From: Puccinia triticina
Taxonomy: Eukaryota
Length of the DNA: 64,000 nt
Direction of reading: 5' to 3'
NCBI GenBank assembly: GCA_026914245.1
Contig: CP110439.1
Coordinates: 868,001-932,000 of the forward strand
Below the pieces are notes generated by a model. That model saw only the letters and a list, made by a program, of their open reading frames with translations. It had not been told where the DNA came from and did no database searches. Both the position numbers and the translations under genes were made by a program. This document shows, in pieces, positions 49,851-63,500 of this stretch (its first letter is position 1; the number at the start of each line of letters is the position of its first letter).

Positions 49851-50341
49851 TGTAGCACTGCCCCTGCAGGTTGTGCCCCACAACCTCATTGTTCCCCACC
49901 TCATTTATGCACCTCCTTGCATAAATTAAGCACAGCCTCACTCATGCACGCACCCCTTGCATAAGTTGTACACAGCCACTCCTGTATTTTCACAGCCCCC
50001 CTGGAGCAAAAATCCCTCACATTTTTCTATATGAGCAGCTCTCTCAACCCCCATCTTTGTTCCCCAGTCTATTACTCATCAGTGATTTACTCACCACCTG
50101 TACTCACAACACTTACAACTTACTACTACACTCACAACAACCCTTATATATCAATAACAACTCTTGTATGGTATATCAAACAAACTCATCTTGAGCATCC
50201 ACTCCTATCACCTTATTAAAACTTGCCAAGCGGAGCTTGGTGGGTCTTGCAGCTGGTAGTATAGAAGGGCAGAGCTTGCAACTCCTTCATCCCCTTCTCC
50301 ATTCAGCAAAAGGGGTTTCACAACCACTTTTGAGTCTTACA
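49851..50341 (+). mobile_element. Partial solo LTR
   Basis: Ends TTTTGAGTCTTACA like 46424; start uncertain. Confidence 0.5.
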
Positions 50342-50725
50342 CCGTAGATAATAAACTGAGAGAGAACTCCGTGGCGTGTCATAAACCCTATAGAAACAGA
50401 AATATCAAATAGGAACCCACCTCCAATCCCACACACGCCGCCTGCCTCTGCTCCCCCTCTGTCATCTGAGCCTCTGAGGATTGTGGTAGACAGCCGCCAG
50501 ACCTCTGATCATCCACCATCCACGCCCCTATCTAGCCTCTGGTGTTGGGATCCCACTCACTGTCTCCGCCCCAGCTACGTCTGCTGACATAGCCCGCTTT
50601 GGCTGTGACGTCTTCCCCCAATCACCACACCGCTTGAGATAGTCCGCGCTGGACTTCCTGGACTCAGCAAGTCTGCTCCTCTCTGCCGCCTTCAACCGCA
50701 CGCTCCGCGCCTAGTGTGTACGTGC

Positions 50726-51806
50726 TGTGGTATGCTTTATGGTATCCCATATACCAAAATCAAAAAATTTCTGCTTTTCTTTCTTATTTCTATTAGTTTC
50801 ACTCTTAATCTCCCTTTTCCTCTTATAAATCACTTAATGCTCCACAAGATTCAGCTTCTAGGGACAAATTCACCCCAAGTCTTGCCTTACAGAACACTCA
50901 TAAGGGCACTCACTCAGAAGTTACATACTCTTATACACTCACAACACCCTTTACAATCTCAAACAGTTACACAAACCACGGTTTACAAGACTTGTCTACA
51001 CACACAGTTACATAAAGAGCTACATAAATATTTACATACAGCTGCTTCATCACTTACATACATACAGTGTACACATGCAGGCACTCATGCAGGTGCTGGC
51101 TGCGTGTGATAGCTGCATGTGATATCTGCATGCAATAGCTGCATCTGCTAGTGGATTTTTGTTGCATGACAACAGCAGGTGACCTGGTTACAGCATGACT
51201 ACACTAACATCCTGTCCTGACCAATCACACCCCCTGATTCAGCCTGCAGATCACAACCCATAATCACATGTACAGTCCTGACCAATCACATTTACCCATT
51301 CAGTATATGTACTAGCCAAAAACCCACATGTACTTAGCTAAAATATCTCATGTGGAGCTCCTCTGGAGCTAAAATCCCCCACTGTTGTCTATAAAAGGAG
51401 GCTCTCCTCCCCTGTTGTAAATTTTCCCCAGCAGACTACCTGCACTCAGTTTCCCCTATGACAAAGTACACAACTGCTCACTCCGCAATATAGTCACTCT
51501 ATATTTTGGTTTTACACACATTACAAACACTTACACATGAAATAACAACTCTACACAACACTTAAATTACATACTCTCTGAGGGGTCCTCTTTGGCCAAA
51601 TATTGCCTGGTTGAAGTCCAGACTCTTAACAACTTCATAACAACAGTTATCTTTTGATAACACTCCACTATCACTACATTAAACCTGCCAATTTGAGATT
51701 GGTGGGCTTGTTTTAGTGTCTAGTGAACCAGGAAATGCAGAGGTTTCCTCATACATCCCTTTCTGCACTCAGCGAAAGGTTCTCAGGAACACTTTTGAGC
51801 TTTACA
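50726..51806 (+). mobile_element. Solo LTR
   Basis: TGTGGTATG...GAGCTTTACA; 4-bp TSD GTGC. Confidence 0.9.
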
Positions 51807-52719
51807 GTGCTCTGCTGTTTGAAGATCCCGCCCCAGCTGCCTGCAGAGCTCTTGTGCCCCGCAGCACCGCGCGCCCAGACACTCTGTTGGACACTTTGGC
51901 GCCCCGCGCCAGATTTGACCACCACACCGCCTTTGTCTGCACGCCCCGTGCCTAGCATATGCGCTCTGCCTCCACAGTTAGAAGGTCCTGTGCCACCCCA
52001 GCTGCCTGCGGAGCCCTTGTTCACCGCAGCACCGCATGCCCAGAAACTCTGTTGGACACTTTGGCACCCCACACCAGATTCTACCAGCGTGTGCGGCCAC
52101 CAGTGGTAATTACAAGTCAGTTTTACTTTGACCATAGAGTTTGTTGCAACCAACCTTTACCTCAAGTGTTGTAGTGAACTCAGTGTGGTGGTTTGTAATT
52201 CTCTTCCTGACAAAAAAAACATCAAGGTTAATCCTGGGCCCAATTTGGGCAAAAATGTCATCAAAGAGAAGGAAATATCAGACCCTCAGACTCCAGCACC
52301 TAGTTAATCTCAAGAACATTTTACCCCAGTTGGCAGTTCTCTAGAGTCAAAAAGAACTTACAAGTGGGTTGGGGACCACTTCCCCAAGATCATAGGTGGT
52401 TGATTTTCTATTTCTGAATCTTAAATTTTCTTCCTCCAGTAATCTGGTGGTCAGCTATGTGTTGATTTGTAGAGTCCAATGGCAAATAAAAGGCTAAATT
52501 TAATTACTGCCAATCTCAGTGTCAGGACTCTGTCAAGTCCTTCACTGGATTGTCATTGAGGGGGCACAAGGGGTGGGATGAACGGGTACCTGCTATCTCC
52601 TGGTGGGTACCCACCAAAAGGTGCAGATGTGGCTGTGGATGTCTGATATTCTGGTGAAAATGGAGCAGGTACCCAGGCATTTACAGGCACAGCCGCCCAC
52701 ATATGTGGGTCTTTACAAT

Positions 52720-52872
52720 TGGTCATCAAGGGAGTCAACAGCCCTCTTGATGAATGACACAGACCAGTCATTGAGGGTACACAACCTCCTAATGACTGGC
52801 ACAGACTGGTACAAAACCCTCTTGATGACTGGCACAGACCAGTCATCAAGAGGGTACACAACTCTCTTGATG
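52720..52872. repeat. Degenerate 44-bp palindromic array inside a GGTACC-rich MITE remnant (~52570-53050)
   Basis: Unit approx CCTCTTGATGACTGGCACAGACCAGTCATCAAGAGGGTACACAA. Confidence 0.65.
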
Positions 52873-53062
52873 AACAGAACAACCAATCATGGAGAGTGTT
52901 TGTACACCAGCAAAACTAGTACTGGAGGACTGGCTGGGGCCAGTCATAAGTGCATTTTAAGTGGTATGTACCTGTGGAATACAAACCGGTACCCGCCAAA
53001 GAGTGTGGATGCAGGCGCAGATGTCAGGATTTGGCGCAAAAGGTCAGCGGCCCCACACTTAA

Positions 53063-53621
53063 CTAAGTCCCTCCTGGGCGCGAAGCGCCCGCCTTTGAAG
53101 GAGGGACTTAGGAAAAAACGGAGTTTTTTGGTGTGACAGGTCCACACAAACATGCCTTCTTTGTTTGGCTGTATCTTTGCCAAAAATCATCCTAAATTCT
53201 TCATACAATATGTATTGTGTAGCCAAGAGGCTCAGTTCCACTCTCATATTTTTTTTGTATTTTTTGAGCAACTAAAGGTCAAAGAAAAAAACAAGGAAAT
53301 GGGGGTTTCAGCCTTTTCCCACGCGGAGGCATGCTCTTTGCAGCCCCGCGCGGCCGTGAAACTGGCAAAATGTTGGTCTTTGAATGCCAATTTTTTGGGG
53401 AAGGTGGTGAAGGTTGATCCCCAAAATGGATGAGGAGAAAGGCAAGACCAAGGCCTTCCTCATAATCTTTTCCATGCCAGCATAGCTGGTATAGATGAAA
53501 AGTTATTGCAGAATTTAGATTTTCTCCGCCAAATCTAAAAACTTGTCACACCAAAAAACTCTGTTCTTTCCTCTAAGTCCCTCCTGCGGAGGCGGGCGCT
53601 TCGCGCCCAGGAGGGACTTAG
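53063..53621. mobile_element. TTAA-flanked MITE with self-palindromic TIRs
   Basis: TTAA-CTAAGTCCCTCCTGGGCGCGAAGCGCCCGCC...GGCGGGCGCTTCGCGCCCAGGAGGGACTTAG-TTAA; ~75-bp TIRs. Confidence 0.85.
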
Positions 53622-54049
53622 TTAAGTTCGCAGCAGCCAGCAGGTACACGTGTTCAAAAAGAATTATGCAAGTTTTTTAGCGCAGCTGGTTGTAATTAAA
53701 AACTTGCTGGTTGCAGCCCAAAGCGCAGCTGGTTGATTAAAAACTTGCTGGTTGCGGCCCAACGTGAACCACGCTATTGAAAACATTTATTATAAGAGCC
53801 TCCAGTCAGAGCAAATGTGTGGTAATTATTACAAATATGATAGGAATCCATCACCACAAAAAGTAGGAAATCTGGACCATATTAATGTGAAGATTGATGC
53901 ACATGTAGAAGAACACTTGAAGCTGCAATGGTTAAGTAAACATGTGATAAGTGAAGTAGAAAGCACTCAAATTATTGGCTGATTTTTTTGGTTTAAAAAA
54001 TGGTAAATGCGATGCGGTATGTCTGAGAAAGTTATCTCCATCGTGAATC

Positions 54050-54167
54050 TTACTGATAGCTGTAAGAGGCTCCGTTACCCTGCTGTACAGCCATCTCAGC
54101 AGCGTATTGCTGCGCTCGGATTGCATGCATGTAGTGTTGCTCTTGCTGATGTTGGTGATGTTGGTGA

Positions 54168-54202
<35 letters not shown>

Positions 54203-55756
54203 CTGTTGTTGTTGGAGTTGTTGCTGCTGCTGTTGTTGTTGTAACGTTTGGGCAGCGATGCTTGCCTGATCGGGTTGTTGCCGCGGTTGAGCTGCTGCTT
54301 GGTTTTGTACGGGCGCTGATTGAAAATATTGGTGACTTAATGCATCTTCACAGGACAGGCGTTGAGACGGATCGAACTTCAATAGTCGCTCTAACAAATC
54401 GGTGGCTAATACATCAAGTCTCGGGTCAGCTGTGGCTGAGTTGATGACATCGTCGTTTGTTTTACCTAATGGATGAGCTTTAGGGTAAAGTGATTGGAAA
54501 GAAATTCTAGCCACTCTAGGGAACGGTCGGAGCTGAATCTCAGGCTTCCAGAGGCGATGAAATGCGCGGATACGAAATCAGTTAAGATCTGTGAGTTTCT
54601 TGATTGCTGAATTAAAGGGTTGAAAAAGCGAACCGATTCGGTTTGAATCCGTCTCAAAGTAACTTCATCGGGTGTGCCAAGCACCCTCAGAATTTGAGTT
54701 AGCTGATCGTTGTTGTCCCGACCTCGGAACAGAGGTACCCCACTTATCACTAAGAACCAAATTTGAGTCAATCAGCATGAGGGAACAGACGAAGGAACTG
54801 ATAAAGGAGCACAGACTTTCGGCCATAATGCAGCCAGCGCTCCAAACATCAATACTGGTGCTGTAGGTCCGACTGCCTAGCAGAACATCGGGGGCGCGAT
54901 ACCAAAGAGTGACCACTTCGTTCGAGAACGTATTGACGGGTATTCCGAAGGCACGAGCAAGGCCAAAATCAGCGAGCTTGAGCTCGCCTCGTTTGTTGAT
55001 TAACAAGTTTTGGGGTTTCAAGTCCCGATGAAGCACGCGATTTTCGTGACAAAAGGCAGTACCTTTGAGTAGCTGGTTAAGTGGACAGCAGAAGTCAAGA
55101 TGTGGAGAACCAGACGGTGCGATTTTGAGGCGATAGGTCTGAGTAAGAATTATGCCCACCTGATACATGAAACTTCGTACGACCGGTGCCTCCAGAGCGC
55201 CGCGTTCGCCATGAGTATCCATGTACTTCTTCAGATCGAGATCCATGAACTCAAAGACGAGCATCAGTTTGGTCTCGGTGTGAATTACATCGTACAATCT
55301 GACAATATTGGGGTGCTTGAGTTCCTTCATGAGACTAATCTCTCGAATCGCAGTTGACGGGGTGCCTTCTTCAGCATCGAGGTGAATCTCTTTGAGTGCG
55401 ACGATCTCATTAGTGATCCTAGAGCGACCCTGGTAATCAAGCAGTTAAAGCCGTGCCAGCCCGGTAAATGAGAGTTGAGAGTTCTGTTGTTTCAAAGATA
55501 AGGGTAGTGCTGACCTTGTGTACTGTGGCGTAAGTACCCTCGCCAAGCTGTTGGAGGGAAGATGCACCATGAAGGACATGTATAAATTAGCTATGAGGAG
55601 TCCCCAAGTTCTTGGGTTTTTTTACCCGTCAAGCGTTGGAACAAGGAAGAGGCACTTTTTCCATTTGAACATAACTATAAAAGCCCGTAGAAGCAGCTGA
55701 TCAGTATCACGTCGAGCTACCAACCGGGACGAATTGATATCAACGACTCACTTCAT
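54050..55756 (-). CDS. PHO85: Pho85/Pef1-type cyclin-dependent kinase with a C-terminal polyQ/H tail
   Basis: Micro-exons 55756-55752, 55674-55656 and 55547-55515, then 55429 onward, give [20 protein letters not shown]...[59 protein letters not shown]; several more GT-AG introns. Confidence 0.93.
54135..54242 (-). repeat. Coding CAG/CAA/CAY trinucleotide tract
   Basis: Encodes Q9-L-Q16 followed by an H/Q-rich stretch. Confidence 0.9.
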
Positions 55757-56853
55757 GATCGGATGTAGAGCTCGGCGATCTTAGAAGTATATTGTTGAAT
55801 CAGGCGCTCGTGATATAAGGTCTAAGTCAGAATCACCACATCAGTGATACACAAGACCAACATTAACGAATTCTTCAACCCTTAACCTGATACACATCCC
55901 ATTCGGGATACCCGGTAAGCAATCCGGGATCTCCAGGAAGCAATCCGGTATATCCGGCAAAAGCCACGGAGCACGCCAGATAGCTGCGTTCCGAGGGTCC
56001 CAAACATGCGGACGGGGCCGGATTCACAAATATCCGGGAATATTGCTGAATCCCACCTCCAATGGGCCGTCCAAACCCGGCCAGTTTTGGGTCAGCTTTT
56101 TGGGGAAATTTGTAATGTTGGCCTAACCCAACAGACCTGCAACCCTAGTCTGGCAGGAGTGGGCTGCCCAATGACCCTGGAGAGCACCTACCAAGCTGCC
56201 TTGTGTAATTTTGGGGAAATCTGAGTTTTGAATATGTACAAAAATCTGTTGTACCTAAGGAGCATTTTTCCAGGACCCAGGAAAGCCCGGGCCCTATGGA
56301 ACACAGTAACAAAAATGCATGAATTTTTGGTCAAAAAACAAAAAACGTACGCACCCCAGATGTATGAATGGGAAATTTGGCGGATAAGGTACTCACCCCA
56401 ATTGTATGAAGTTTTTTGGGGAACAAGGGGGGTAGTAACCAAAAATGTATGGGAATGAGGATATGATGCCAGGGTTTTTTTTGCACCCCCCCCCCCCCCC
56501 TATATCAGTCCAGCTCTTCCTGTATCAACCACATATCCCAATTGCGGCTGGTTTCTACACTTCCTTGCTGAGTTCTGGGATTTTTGTGCATCTTGAAGTA
56601 GCACATCTGCACCATTTATTCCCAGTCACCAAAGGCTTAAATATTACGGATGCTGGTGGGAATTGTGTATCCATCTCCCAGAGATTACATTCTCTTCTTC
56701 TTACAATGTCTCAAATTGCTTTTCTAGAACACTGGCAGAACAAATTTTTGAAGATAAAAGCTCTCAAAAAAGCAATAAAAATGTAGATGAAGACTCAAGA
56801 GTAACAATCAGTTGTTGATGATAGTCTATGCAGTTTTCTACTTGGATATGAAA

Positions 56854-59800
56854 TAGGGATGGGCCTTTGTACCCGGGTACCCGCCACGGGTGCGGGTACT
56901 ACCCTAAATTATAACCCAAGTTAGATACCCGCACCTGCACCCGCACCCACTAAAGCGGGTCAAAGCATGTATCCGGGTACTGGTTTGCAGGTACCCGGGT
57001 TCAGGCGGCGGGTACCCGTTGTTTTATCCTTTTTTGCTTGCAAGAAACTGCTCCTGAGTATTTATTACTAACTAATTTAAGAGCTATCTACCTCAACAAT
57101 CTCCTCATTCTTCTTACCTTTTCCCTTGCCTTTTTGTATCTCTTTTCTCCTCTGTTCCATCTTCCATGTACGCAACATGCCAGTTTGTATCTTACCGTTT
57201 TTTGAGTAGAAAGAAACTGCCATTCCTTGAGTGAGAGAGGAGTCACTGAGGCGGTGACGCCTCACCAAAACATAATCCCGACCAAAGTTGAATGATTGCT
57301 CGACGTCCACCGTAGTTGTTGTTTCATACACAAGTTGTCAGATGGTTGTTTCAAAAATATAAGATAGAGAAAAAAGCATACCTGGACAACTGAGGACATC
57401 CAGTGCCATCTGGAGCAGGCCTCCATGATTATTTCCCGCACGCCCTTGGGCAATCCACCACTTTAGAGGGTTCACCGGCTGCCCTTCATCATCCAAATTT
57501 AACCCTCCAGCAAGCCACATAGTGAGTGGATTGCTCAATGCAGTACCTGTGCGTGCTTCAGAAGCACCACTCAACCGGGCAAGAACACCTGTCTGAGGCT
57601 GGCGTGCAGATATTAGCAGGCTAGAATAACAATAAGATTGAAATGAAAAAAGAAAGTTGCTTTGGTTTCACTCACCTTTGGGCGGGGATTGGGTCTAGTC
57701 GGAGGTGGCTGAGTTAGAGGTTTGTACTGACTTTCCCACATATCTCTGGCAAGTCACACGGCCTCAGAAATCCACTTGGGTTCCCACTTTGCCAGTTTGA
57801 AATATTCATCTTTAAAAGATGGGTGCAGAACTTGGGAATTACAAAGTAAGTTGTGTTTATCAGTTTTTATGTCAAAGGTTAATTTATAATAAAACTTACT
57901 CATAGCAACCCAGTACAGCGGCGAGCAATCCGTAAGGGTATAGTATTTGTTTGTCAGACAAAGGCCTGCACGGCAAGCATTCCTCAAGGCCGCGGGGTAT
58001 ACATCACGCTGATCAGAAATGATGCTTGATAAATGACTGGTGATTTGGTCAATGAAGACAACCACTTGTGATATTTGTGCCCCGCCGCGAGTTGAGACCA
58101 TAAGGGTTATTTCATAGAAGGGTTCTAGTATGTTGACGAGGTCGCGTGCCAAGTTGAGATAAATTTGGTTGATGTGATAAGCTCGATCAGTGCTGTGTTG
58201 CTTATCCTTCTGCCACTCAAGACTGCTTACCAAAATTTTAGTATGTTTGAATTGAGTGGGAAAATAACTACTCACATTGCCGCCAAGCATCAATGGATAC
58301 TGGAGAGTTGCACCAGAGTAGAGTTCCACCTGGTCCTGACGTCCCGCTCGACATTGTGTGGCGTCAAACATTCCTTCTCTTGACAGATCTCCACAAAGAG
58401 CGCCTTGGAGTTTGGCAACTTGTTCAGCTTCTGCAAAATTGCTTGGAACTAGCAATACATATCAGTAATTTTCTGGAATTTTGAAAAGAGGAAATAACGG
58501 AATACCTTTGCCAAGCTCTCCTTGCATGATTGGGAAGTGTATAGATCATCATTGTCTTTGTCGCTCAAATCATTGATGTCGCCAGTTTCCAGTTCGAGTT
58601 CTTGATCATCGATGGGATTCGTGATACACCCAGAGTTGATTGGATCATTGGAGTCTTCATTGTTCAAATGGGTACCTTCGTTGTACCTGTGTATGGTTAG
58701 CAAAAAATCAGCAGAGTTCACCTGCGAAAAGAGAAGAACATACATACAACTCAATCTGGTGTTCTGTGTCCTCTTCATCATCTTGGTTGGATTCATCCAA
58801 GTCCATGCTCTTGTCAAAGTTGTCCTGCCCACTGTTTTTCTTCTTGTGGCTTCCAAAAGGGCGCAAAATGACTTGAACAATCAAATTCAAGATATGCGTG
58901 AAACATTGAACCCATTCGGTCTTGCCGTGGAATTGAGCCCACTTGAACTTCTTGATTTCATTCACCATTGTTTGATTATTCGTGGCGTTATTGGTGACTA
59001 TACCACAGAGCTGCAAGAAAAAAAGAGATTAATCCAAGTAATAGATGAAGATAGTAACTCTGACATGCTTACCTTGTTTTTTAAACCAAATTTTTCAACA
59101 ATTATCCGGATGGTGTTGGCCAAATAGGCACATGTGTGTCTGTCTTTTAACCTAACAAAGTCAAGAGGCATTGACTCCATCAAAGTCCCCATTTTCTTGT
59201 TGAACCAAGCAATATATTACCGTTCCTAGGATATCAAACCCATTAGGGGACTGCCAGGCATCAAGGCCTAAGTACATGGCGCCTTGATGAATCTAGCAAC
59301 AAGTAAAAACATAAAAATTAGTAAAAATCAGCGACATAAAAAAGAAAAAAAGAACAAACTTTGAATGATTCTATGAGAGACTCCTGTATTGAAGTATAAA
59401 GCCTGAATATGTCATGGGACACCGTCTTTTGTGTAGGCAAATTTTTCAGGACAATCAGATGCAGAAAGTTTTGATGTGCGCCCTTGCCAAGATCTATGAA
59501 AGGTCGAGCAGTTTCAGCGCACCAGATTGCACAGAGCTGGGGGACCTATTCAATAAAACATTCAGTCCTTATTGAGTGAGATGAAAAAGAAGCAATTGGA
59601 TTGACTTACCTCTTGCGGATCTATATCACCGGTTCCAGATACACCAAGCACGGCAAGTTTGACAGTATCATTCACTGCTTGTTGCTTCTTGAGGCAACCA
59701 GCAACATGCTTCGAGAGGTTGTCAGAGACGTATTGTATGTAGGGCGGTGGATTTTTGAGCCACAGCTGCAGTTTACGACATGAGAAGTGATGAGTGGAAG

Positions 59801-60554
59801 TAATTGGAAAGAATTCCAGAAAATAAACTACCCACCTCTTACACGAGAATGCAATCATCCTGCGCCCATGTTTGTTGAGTTGGTCAGAAAGCATGGGCGG
59901 GTCGTAGTACGCATAGGCTGAACTGTTGGAATTGCTGTGCAATTTACGTGCCTGATCTGGAAAATGAAAAAATTTGTCAGTTTTTCACTTGTTTAGCAAT
60001 AAAGATTAAAGGTGGAGCTTGCGAGGTACTAACTGAGCTCTTGATCATCAAAAATTTGATGAGTTGTTGACGCTTGAGTATTTGCAGGAGTCGTGCTATC
60101 ACGGTATGTCAGTCGCTGTTCTTGGTCTGAATGTTCAGTGAGATCGGACACAGTTGGTTTCTTTCTTCTAGCAACTCTTTTAGAATTAGGAGAGCTACTG
60201 GGGTTGGAGGTTTGTGGAGATGATTTGCGGCGCTTCTTGCTTTTGGGCGCCATGACTGTATTGGATTTGTGCTGAGGAGGGTACTGAGTATATTGGTTGG
60301 TGGGGCCAGGACCCGGTCCCAAGTGTGGTTTCACCGGATATGTACATATATGTCACAGGAAAAATGCATATACTTGGTTGTTGCGCCACAACCACGGGTC
60401 CCCAATTGGTTCCCCCGCCCAGTGGTAGAAACAGGCAGGTACCCGGGTGGGTACCCACCGCTTTTTTTTTGGCAAAACCAGATACCGGCACCCGCTGGCG
60501 GGTACTAGGACACGTCAGCAGGTACCCGCCAACGGGTACCAGGGCCCATCCCTA
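56854..60554 (-). mobile_element. hAT DNA transposon, decayed
   Basis: TIR TAGGGATGGGCC...GGCCCATCCCTA; 8-bp TSD ATATGAAA; GGTACCCG subterminal motifs. Confidence 0.93.
57077..60253 (-). pseudogene. Intron-containing hAT transposase, degenerate
   Basis: MAPKSKKRRK start; VTNNATNN, QCFTHILNL, LHPSFK, MALDVLSCP..TTVDVEQSF motifs; stops and frameshifts. Confidence 0.85.
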
Positions 60555-60800
60555 ATATGAAATTTAAAATATCTTCTTCTTGCATTTTTTACCTTTGTCA
60601 CTGCTCCTCTGGGTATGTAGCAGAAATGGCTACTCAAAAAAGTATTTCTGGGAGTATTTCTTCACGCCTGCGGCAAAAAAAACGTACACACAAAACTTGT
60701 ATGAGTTTTTTGAAAAAGCTCTGCACCTACGCACAAAACGTGTATGAATGGGCTCCAAAAATGTATGAATTTTTCAAAAATCTTGGAATTTAGGTTACTG

Positions 60801-61218
60801 CAGCGGTGGGCAGATACGTTATCCAAAATTCCGCATTTTTGGTTTGTAAATTTGAATTTTGCACACAAAGGTTCAAGTTATCAGCAAGATTTAAAGATCA
60901 GGGCTTTTTGTCACTATTATCTTGAATCTCAACAAAAAAAATCCCATGTTTCTTGAGTAATTTTCTTCTAATGATTGATTACGCAACAGATTTCCAGTTA
61001 TCTGTAACAAGTTACAGATAACTGAAAATCTCTTGCGTAATCAATGATTAGAAGGAAACCACTCTATAAAAATGTGATATTTTTGGCACAAATTTAAGAT
61101 AATGGTGTTACAAAGTCCTGATCTTTAAATCTTGCTGATAACTTGAACCTTTGTGTGCAAAATTCAAATTTACAAACCAAAAATGCGGAATTTTGGATAA
61201 CGTATCTGCCCACTGCTG
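60801..61218. mobile_element. Foldback MITE (almost entirely one hairpin)
   Basis: ~100-bp near-perfect outer arms and ~48-bp inner arms; TIR CAGCGGTGGGC; 7-bp TSD GTTACTG. Confidence 0.9.
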
Positions 61219-61397
61219 GTTACTGTGTTCCATAGGGGCTTTCCAGGGTCCTATTTTTCCACAATGAAACACCCTATATGCATGAATAAATGCATAAATC
61301 ATAAATTCATAAAACTTTTTTGGCTGGGAGAGTCAAATATTACATAAGCAGAGTGGCGAGATCCCCTGCAAACAAAGTTTTATGAATTTATGATTTA

Positions 61398-61984
61398 GGC
61401 CCCATTTGGACGCCCTGTTATGTATATGTGATAAATGGGCAAAATTCTCACACACAACCCAAAGTTTGCTCCCTATCTCCACCCAATTTTTTGAACCCCC
61501 ATAGGTCGCACGTGATAAATAACCCAGTTCACGTTGGGCCGGGACCAGCAAAACTTTAATTACAATCAACTGTGCTTAACTTCAGTTCTTGCTGAAAGTC
61601 AGACTCACATGGCCATTTTAAGGCTTTTTAAGCTGCCCATTAGGGGGGTTCACAATAGGATAAAAATAAAACTTTAGAGCCTATATTAAACCCTTTATGA
61701 ACAACTTTTTTAAAAATGAAACAGACAATTTTTTAAAAAATGAAGAACACCCTCTGATTGCCAGGGGACACCTAATCCTGTACATCCTGCCATATTTTTA
61801 AAAAGTTGTTGATAAAGGCCTTAAAATTGACTCTGAAGTTTTATTTTTATCGTATTGTGAACCCCCCTATTTTATTGGCCAGCAACATCAATTTTAGCCG
61901 GGGACTTAAAATGCCCCAACATGAACCAGGCTAATATGCACATTTATCACGTATACATAACTTGATTGGCATCCAAACAGGGCC
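61398..61984. mobile_element. Tourist-like MITE with a nested MITE at ~61642-61868
   Basis: TIR GGCCC..TTTGGA.GCC with TTA TSD; inner [33 protein letters not shown]. Confidence 0.75.
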
Positions 61985-62230
61985 TTACACATTTGTGCGT
62001 GAATATCAACTTTGACCACCATAAATACTCGGAGTCTCTATCAACAAAAAGTGAGAGGGCAACAACTAGTAGAAACGGAGGAGTTAAACCGACAAACCCC
62101 AACACAGATGCACCCAAGTCTTGTCATGGCGGCGGTTTGGCCATCCGTGTTGACAGTTCTTGGACGTCGCATACTGGGACTGATCTATGAGAAATGATGA
62201 GCGTGAGGTGGGGCTGATCCGGCCTCTCTT

Positions 62231-63500
62231 TCAGGACCTCTTCGGCCAATAGCTGCTTAGGACCCATTGGAGGATTCGAGACCCACGAATGAGCTGGCGG
62301 AACAAACTGGATGACTTGACAAGCATCACACTTAGATTGGCGGAAGGATCTGGGAGATGATGGTCGGCGAGGTTGTCTGAATCGTTGAGCTCAGTGGAAG
62401 TGGTTGGCCGGTATGTCACAAGACTTAGCTTAGCAGGACAGGACCGCTGGATAAGGTAGGATGATTTGATATCCCGGCTATTCTTACCAGTCATGCGGCG
62501 GCCATCAAGTTGTCCAGCGAGGCGATTGTCCTCAACGTGGAGCTCAAAACCACACATTCTTGTACAACGTGTCGCACCCTTTGGCTTGCGATTCGGTCGG
62601 CCAGATGAAGTTAGAACTTGGACTCTTTAGTAAATCTGTACAGCGCGTCTATCGAATGGCAAGGGACAGATAAGGCTTGAGATGCGTGAGCGAGGCCTGA
62701 GTGAGACGGTGACTCTCGCTCCATCGATATCCGGGTAGCTTTTGACGATGCTGGAAGATTTCTTGATGGCATATTTAGATCCACACGCGCGTTGTTTCAG
62801 ATAACCAACAGCAATGTAAGATGCGATTGAGTGTCAGGAAAGTAACCAGGCCGTCTTCTCTTCTTTTTTCTATTTGTCCTTGCTGGTCGACCGTTTTGCT
62901 ATTGCTCTATCTAAGGGGGAGCTTGTCGAGAAGGCGCCCATTTTGAAAAATTACTTTGGTTGGGGGGGGGGGGGGGGGGGATCAGACATACCTGATAGCA
63001 GTATCGTACCCGCAAACCATCGAGAGGTTAAAATGAATTCAACAGTTCTTCAGTCTGAGCTGGGGGATGTATGCAGAAATGCGAATCAGCATGAGACCTT
63101 TGCATCAGCGGAAATAGAAGAGGACACATACGGACATACGGCTCTACATGAGCGCATTTTTTGACGAAGTTTGAACCGGGCCAAGCGTTCGTTCTTGGAG
63201 TCATTGCAACGGGGAGTGAACCGATGAGGCCACTCGAACCGGTTGTTCGGGAAGCGACAGGGAGGGCTTCTCGTCGATCAGTGGTGAGAGTGAGATGGAT
63301 TTCAGGCTGGATTGGCGCCCTCAGAGATTCCTGCATTCGAAATCCTGTCCGTCTTCTTCCTCGAGCTAGTCGTGGTGGTTTGGTTGCGGTCGATAGTTTT
63401 CCGAGTTGATGGAGCCGGCTTGACCGTCGACTCTTCCAAATCAGCATCATCACCTCTCAGATAAAATATTTCCGGTTGAAGATAACGAGTCAACTGCAAG
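62231..63500 (-). pseudogene. Possible degraded or spliced gene of unknown function
   Basis: Coding-like, CpG-normal composition with short ORFs broken by stops; no family recognised. Confidence 0.25.

Larger units (their letters stand above)
56272..61252. mobile_element. Outer non-autonomous TIR element hosting a hAT and a foldback MITE
   Basis: ~40-bp TIR AGGACCCAGGAAAGCCC..CCTATGGAACACAGTAAC; 8-bp TSD ATTTTTCC. Confidence 0.75.

Noticed and set aside
53680..53760. Short ~43-bp direct duplication downstream of PHO85
   Set aside because: Two copies only, with no evidence of function
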